Positions 59,201 to 64,000 of a stretch of DNA of 64,000 bases are shown piece after piece (position 1 is the stretch's first letter; the number at the start of each line of letters is the position of its first letter). Source of the stretch: Euglena gracilis (lineage: Eukaryota); contig CP154954.1 of assembly GCA_039621445.1 (NCBI GenBank), positions 45,363,847 through 45,427,846 on the forward strand. The letters are read 5' to 3'. Below the pieces are notes generated by a model, which saw only the letters and a list, made by a program, of their open reading frames with translations, made no database searches and was not told the DNA's origin. Position numbers and translations under genes: made by a program.

Positions 59201-61922
59201 GCCTCGTCGGGATCCTCGGCCCATTGGCTGCGGTGGTCGGCGTGGCGGCGCGGAGGGTCCGCCTCCTGTCTCTGCCGTGGCCGCTGCGGGCAGCACTCCC
59301 CGTGTGATGGCCGGAACGGAGGGTTGCCGGTGTGGTGCCAAAGGGTCCCTTGCAACGCGCATTGTGTGAGGCCTGTGCAGCCCAGACCCAACTCCAAAGA
59401 CATGATTCTTGTGTGCTATTCGCTGCTATCATTCCCTGGGGGTCCCCACTGGTTTTTGGCAGAAATATCGCCCGTTTTCAATTTCCATGTCTGGGCATTT
59501 TGTATTTTCAGTGTTCAGCTCTATCCTCCTCAGTCCACATGTATATCGGCACCCTGAAAAGGGGAGAAAAAAAAACAGGAAGGTGTGGAGGGCTTTGCTA
59601 AGATTGGAAATTCAAACCTTCACCAACATCCTACCCCTTGAGTGTTTCCCCCTAAATAATAATGATTTGAACACCGAATTCAGAGCCCAGGGGGGGGGGT
59701 TGGGGGGATGTTGGGCTAGATTATCAACCTCAAAAAATGACTGCAAAATTTCTTTCGCCAATTTCTCCAGGCCAATATTTTTTGTAACTTTTTGTGCAAT
59801 GACCACAATTTTTGAAATTCATACAGGCTCAATTCATCAATTTTTCTATATACCTTTTTTGGATGTACCTGGTGATTTTTCTGCCATTTTTGTTTGTCTT
59901 CACCAGTATGCAGCAGAGGGATCATTCTTTGGGAGATATCCGCTATGTGGGCAGTGACGAAGAGAAATGTCAGAAACAAGCACACGCAGTCCCACTTTCT
60001 CACCAAGGGGGAGGGCAACAACGGACCCCAAAATAAATAATATCTCCCCCTAATTAATGATAGGCACACAAATCTACTCACTAACTAACGCTCATTCGGT
60101 GGTCTCAAGAACACAGCAGGGTGGAGTGCTGGCCTTGGCGCACGTTCCCGGGGTGGAGGGTCATCCCACTCAGCGGGCTCCTCCGCAAAGGACACCGGGC
60201 CATCCCACTTTCCGCGGGAAGCCGCCGGCTCCTCGTGACGATGGCTGGGCCTCCGGTGCTTCGCGGCAGCGTCGGGTTGCACGTCGTCGGTCAACAGGCT
60301 TCTGCCGCTGGAGATGCCCAAAAAAAGAAACGCCGCTGGAGAACGTCAAAAAAAGAAACGCCGCAAAACCCATCAGGATGGCCAAAATGACAGTTGTGCC
60401 TATTGTGTCAGGCTTTGACCAAATCTGCTCGTTTTGCTATGGTGCCAGCACATACATGGTCCAAGCTAGGCCCCGTCCGAAAAAAACATGGTTCGAATTG
60501 TTTTCATGTTCCACCTGCCCCAAAACACAACCCCTTCCATGTCAAAGCTCTGTACCACTATTCATGCAAATAGGAAACACCCTGCCAAAAAAACTGCACC
60601 CCTGGCACCAGAGGTTTTTTAGGACCTGGGGGGTACGGACCCATCCACCCCACCCCTTAGAGGGGGACTCTCAGGGGGAGCACCCACTTTGGGGGGGGGG
60701 CAATTTGGAGTTCAAAAAAAATTGGGGCTGTGCAACGAAAATAGAGGGAAACCCCTCCATGCACCCACTCTGCCATCCCCCACATTGGGACCTTGGGGGG
60801 GATTCCAGCAAAATTGCCTTTTTTGTGATATTTTCAAAAAATCGGTGTTGCAGAACCGTTTGAACCTTGATTTGGTGGGAGGACATTGTGGATATCTCAA
60901 ACCAAGCACCTTTGGAACACATTTCATGCTTTTGGCAGCAAGCAGAAAATTTTTTCCAATTGGTGACCTGGGGGGGGGGTGCTAAAAAGAAGTCTGTTTT
61001 CAAAAGGTATCCTTGGCCTCCGTTTCAAATGCTGAAGTCTGTCCCCAATCTTCCTCGGGGGGCGGAGGAGGAGGCGGAGGCTTCCGCCCTCTTGGTGCAT
61101 CGGATCCGTGCATCCACTTGACATCTCCCAAACAATTCTTCGCTTGGCATCCACCTTCGCACCCACATCGTCATCCCTTGCCATCAAAAATAGGAAACCC
61201 ATGAAATTAGGTGGATATTTCAGGTCCAAGCAGGCACTTTGATCCCCCGAAGGGTCAGGTTTGGGGTGGGCAGTGGGTAAGCCCGAAAACGACTTTACCT
61301 GGGTCAACCCCAGTCTGGACCAGCGGTGCTTGCTATGGTCAGGCACCCCTGCATACAAGGTACACCCCTGGGATTATTAAAAAAAATACCCCCCCCTGCC
61401 TGCACACACCACCCAGGGGGGGGGTGACCTTCCTTAAAAGAAGCCTGGATCCAAAACTCTGCGTTAAGAGGGAACACAAGAGAATGCAAAAGCTCTTCAT
61501 ATGGTCTTTTCCCCAAACAAGAAGAAATCGAGGAAAAAAAGGAATCCTCCAAAAAGACTATTTTGAGGGGGAAACACGCAAAACAATGTTCGAAAACTTT
61601 TCCGCCGCCACCGCTCCCATCTGGCCTCCTTTGGCCAATCTGCGGGGGGTGCAAGTTTCCCCCCCACGGCAAGGAGATGCCCGGGCGGGGTGGGACCGCT
61701 CCTTTCCGTCGCCCTGCCTCTCCCTTCCCCGCTGGGCTGCGGCCTTGGTGGGGGGCCGCCCCGGCGGGGGCCCCACAGGGGGCGGCGGGGGCTCCCAGCC
61801 GGGCGGCGGGTGGGCCTGCGCCTCGCGGCGGGTCGCGGTGGACAGCTTCCGGGGCACCGGGTCCTTGTGGGGCCCCGGGGCGGCTTTCCGCTTGGCCGCC
61901 TCCCGCTCCTGGGAGTCCGCCC
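56266..61922 (-). CDS. Candidate multi-exon host gene, Pro/Arg-rich low-complexity protein (exons ~61922-61720, ~61110-61020, ~60305-60140, ~59320-59173, 59067-58915, ~56500-56266)
   Basis: CpG-rich islands with protein-like minus-strand frames (DEYDDYRRPERERRRE; EAYPVPTTGGQYDRY). Several edges fit nnnCAG / CTGnnnnn intron ends. Confidence 0.5.
56878..56950 (+). repeat. TTTCCACT microsatellite-like array
   Basis: Read directly. Confidence 0.75.
58220..58450. mobile_element. MITE-like element with CAGGCTT...AAGCCTG ends
   Basis: TIR visible, no matching TSD; similar ends recur near 20420, 58825, 59073 and 61440. Confidence 0.55.
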
Positions 61923-62743
61923 TGGGGCAGACAGGGTGCCAAAGAGGGGGAGAGGGGAGGTATGTCGGCTCCCCTCTCCCCTAACAAACAACTTTCCAAT
62001 TTCCAACTTGCACAAAAAAACAAGCGCCAGAAAAATAGATTTGGGTGTGAAAATCAAAGTTTTCGATATGACTTCCTTCCATAATATTTGACCCCCACCC
62101 AATTTCAAGTCCAAGGAAAAGCCTCACTTCGACCACAATCCTAAATCCAGGGAACACCCTCACCAGGCTGAATTTGACCAAGTGCCCTGGAATGCCTGGA
62201 CAGGCAGGCACCATCCCCCCCTGCTGGTCATGTGCCAAAAAGTGCCCCAAAATGGGCGTTTCTGGGCTTCCGGCGTCTTTGGCGCCAGAAGTGCCTTGCC
62301 CGAGCGCCCAGGCACTTTTGGCAACATGCCCTACCCCCCCCCCCCCCGCCCGGCCTTGGAGTGCCTGCCCAAGCACCCTCCCCCCCCCCCCGGCAGGGGG
62401 TCGGCGCCGCCTTTCTTCCCTCTGCACCTTTCAACACCTCCTTGAGCCAAGGCGAATGAAATCCTCAAATGCCATACCAGGCCAGTCATCAAAAGCAGCC
62501 ATCATCGGTGTATGATATTTGCGAGTGACTCATTTTTGAGCAGTTTGCTCAACCACACTTCGGGGAAAAGGGTTTTCTGGCTGCAATGTGGTCTGAAAAA
62601 GATTTGGCACCGGATGAAAAATTCATTTTACCCAAAAAAATTCACAATCAAAATACTCCCAAAATATTGTTCCCATGATATTTTCACCCAGAATCATTTG
62701 CAGTGATTTTTCCCTTGGACTGCAGATGAAAATGGGTCCCAAC

Positions 62744-63094
62744 CATACAATTGCTTACCGACCCCCGGGGGGGGGGGGGGGCACTCCACTTTTTTAAAAA
62801 CCAGTCAGTCACTCATTTTCAAAAAACCAGCCAGTCACTACCCCCCCCCGGGGGGGGGGGTCGGCCACTCAGAAAAACGGCCACTTTCCAGTCACTTTAG
62901 GCCATTTTAGGACCAAAAATTTTTTCCGGCGCCTTCGGCGCCGGGGTCACTCAAGCCACTTTTGCCCACTCCTGGCCGACCCCCCCCCAGGGGGGGAGGG
63001 GTCCGGGCCAAAACCAGTCAGTCACTCTGAAAAAACCAGTCACCCCCCCCCCCCGGGGGGGGGGGGGGTTGGTCAGTGCTTAAGCAATTGCCTG
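62744..63094. mobile_element. hAT-type MITE
   Basis: TIR CA..CAATTGCTTA / TAAGCAATTG..TG, 8-bp TSD GTCCCAAC. A related copy ends at ~14264 and is truncated in array units 1-2. Confidence 0.85.
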
Positions 63095-63762
63095 GTCCCA
63101 ACAAAAAAATAGTATACCGCAGAACCAGTGATGGTTCATGACAGCAAAACCACAATAGATGCTTGTCTTATTCCAATGCATCGCAGAAGGTATTTGCCAG
63201 CACCATGAACCTATGCCAACTCAACAAAATCTCAAAAACAAGCAGTTGTCCAGAAAAAAGCACACCTGCGAGCCTTCTTCGGGCTGCGGCTCACCTGGCT
63301 GGGGCTGCTGGACCGCTTCTCCCTGGCCCCCTCGGCCTTGGGGGCCAGGGACGGTTTTAAGACCGGGGGGAGGTCCCCCATACCAACCCAGAAGGTACCC
63401 CTACCCCCCCCTGGGGGGAGGGGTCCGGGGACCCACTTTTGGGGGGCCAATTCTGGGGTCAAAAAAAATTCGCTTCGCGCCAAAAAAGGCCAAAAAGTGG
63501 CCAAAACCCACCAAGCCCTTTGGAGGAACTCCCCTGGGGGGTGGTAGGGAAGGGGAGGTAGGTTCGTAGGAGGTAGGGTCGCGCCGCCCAACCATTTTGC
63601 TGCTTTGGTTGGACCGCAGCCGGCCGCGGCCCGACCCAAAAAAATCTTGGTTGGGCTGCGGGCCAACCATTTCCGATGCTGAAATCATGAAATTCGGTTT
63701 GGTTGGACCGCGGCCACCCAACCACAACAGACCCAGCGAACTGCATCGCACAATGGCGGTTA

Positions 63763-63918
63763 AATTGGCTCCTACAGGGTACTCAGCGAACCCAGAAGGC
63801 CGCCCAACTAGGGTTAATACACATGGGGGGACCCTCGCTCGGCGCCTTCCGCACTGCTCAGGTCCCCCCATGTTTTTAACCCTCTTTGGGTTCGCTGAAT
63901 ACCCTGTAGAGGCCAATA
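63763..63918. repeat. ~35-bp imperfect inverted repeat (small MITE or hairpin)
   Basis: TACAGGGTACTCAGCGAACCCA vs TGGGTTCGCTGAATACCCTGTA. Confidence 0.65.
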
Positions 63919-64000
63919 TACCGAAGTTGAGTGGGAAGGTTTGAACTGTTTGCATGAGAATCTTAACCCTAACCCTATTCCTTCAAATAATGTCATAAAA

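Noticed and set aside
63963-63976. TAACCCTAACCCT telomeric repeat (also ~17496)
   Set aside because: Only two units, and internal.
1-64000. rRNA, tRNA or spliced-leader RNA genes
   Set aside because: None recognised by eye; a covariance-model scan would be needed to exclude them.

Overview
Repeat-dense eukaryotic DNA, probably from a euglenid. That assignment is inferred from candidate introns lacking GT-AG that have CAG at +4..+6, CTG at -8..-6 and paired ends. Contents: (i) a 3-copy ~4.8-kb tandem array built from a broken DIRS-type retroelement; (ii) several further DIRS-type (tyrosine-recombinase) retrotransposons, one nearly intact at 45.7-50.3 kb with inverted termini and an internal complementary region; (iii) a young, intact Ty3/Gypsy chromovirus (33881-40934) whose single 1980-aa polyprotein carries a DIRS-like N6-adenine DNA methyltransferase domain between protease and RT, the top finding; (iv) a Transib/RAG1-like transposase gene split by non-canonical introns (16.5-18.0 kb); (v) an old Gypsy with nested MITEs and a TRIM; (vi) hAT-type (8-bp TSD) and TA-TSD MITEs; (vii) candidate exons of a host Pro/Arg-rich gene at 56-62 kb. 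All calls come from motif reading by eye; no searches were run.
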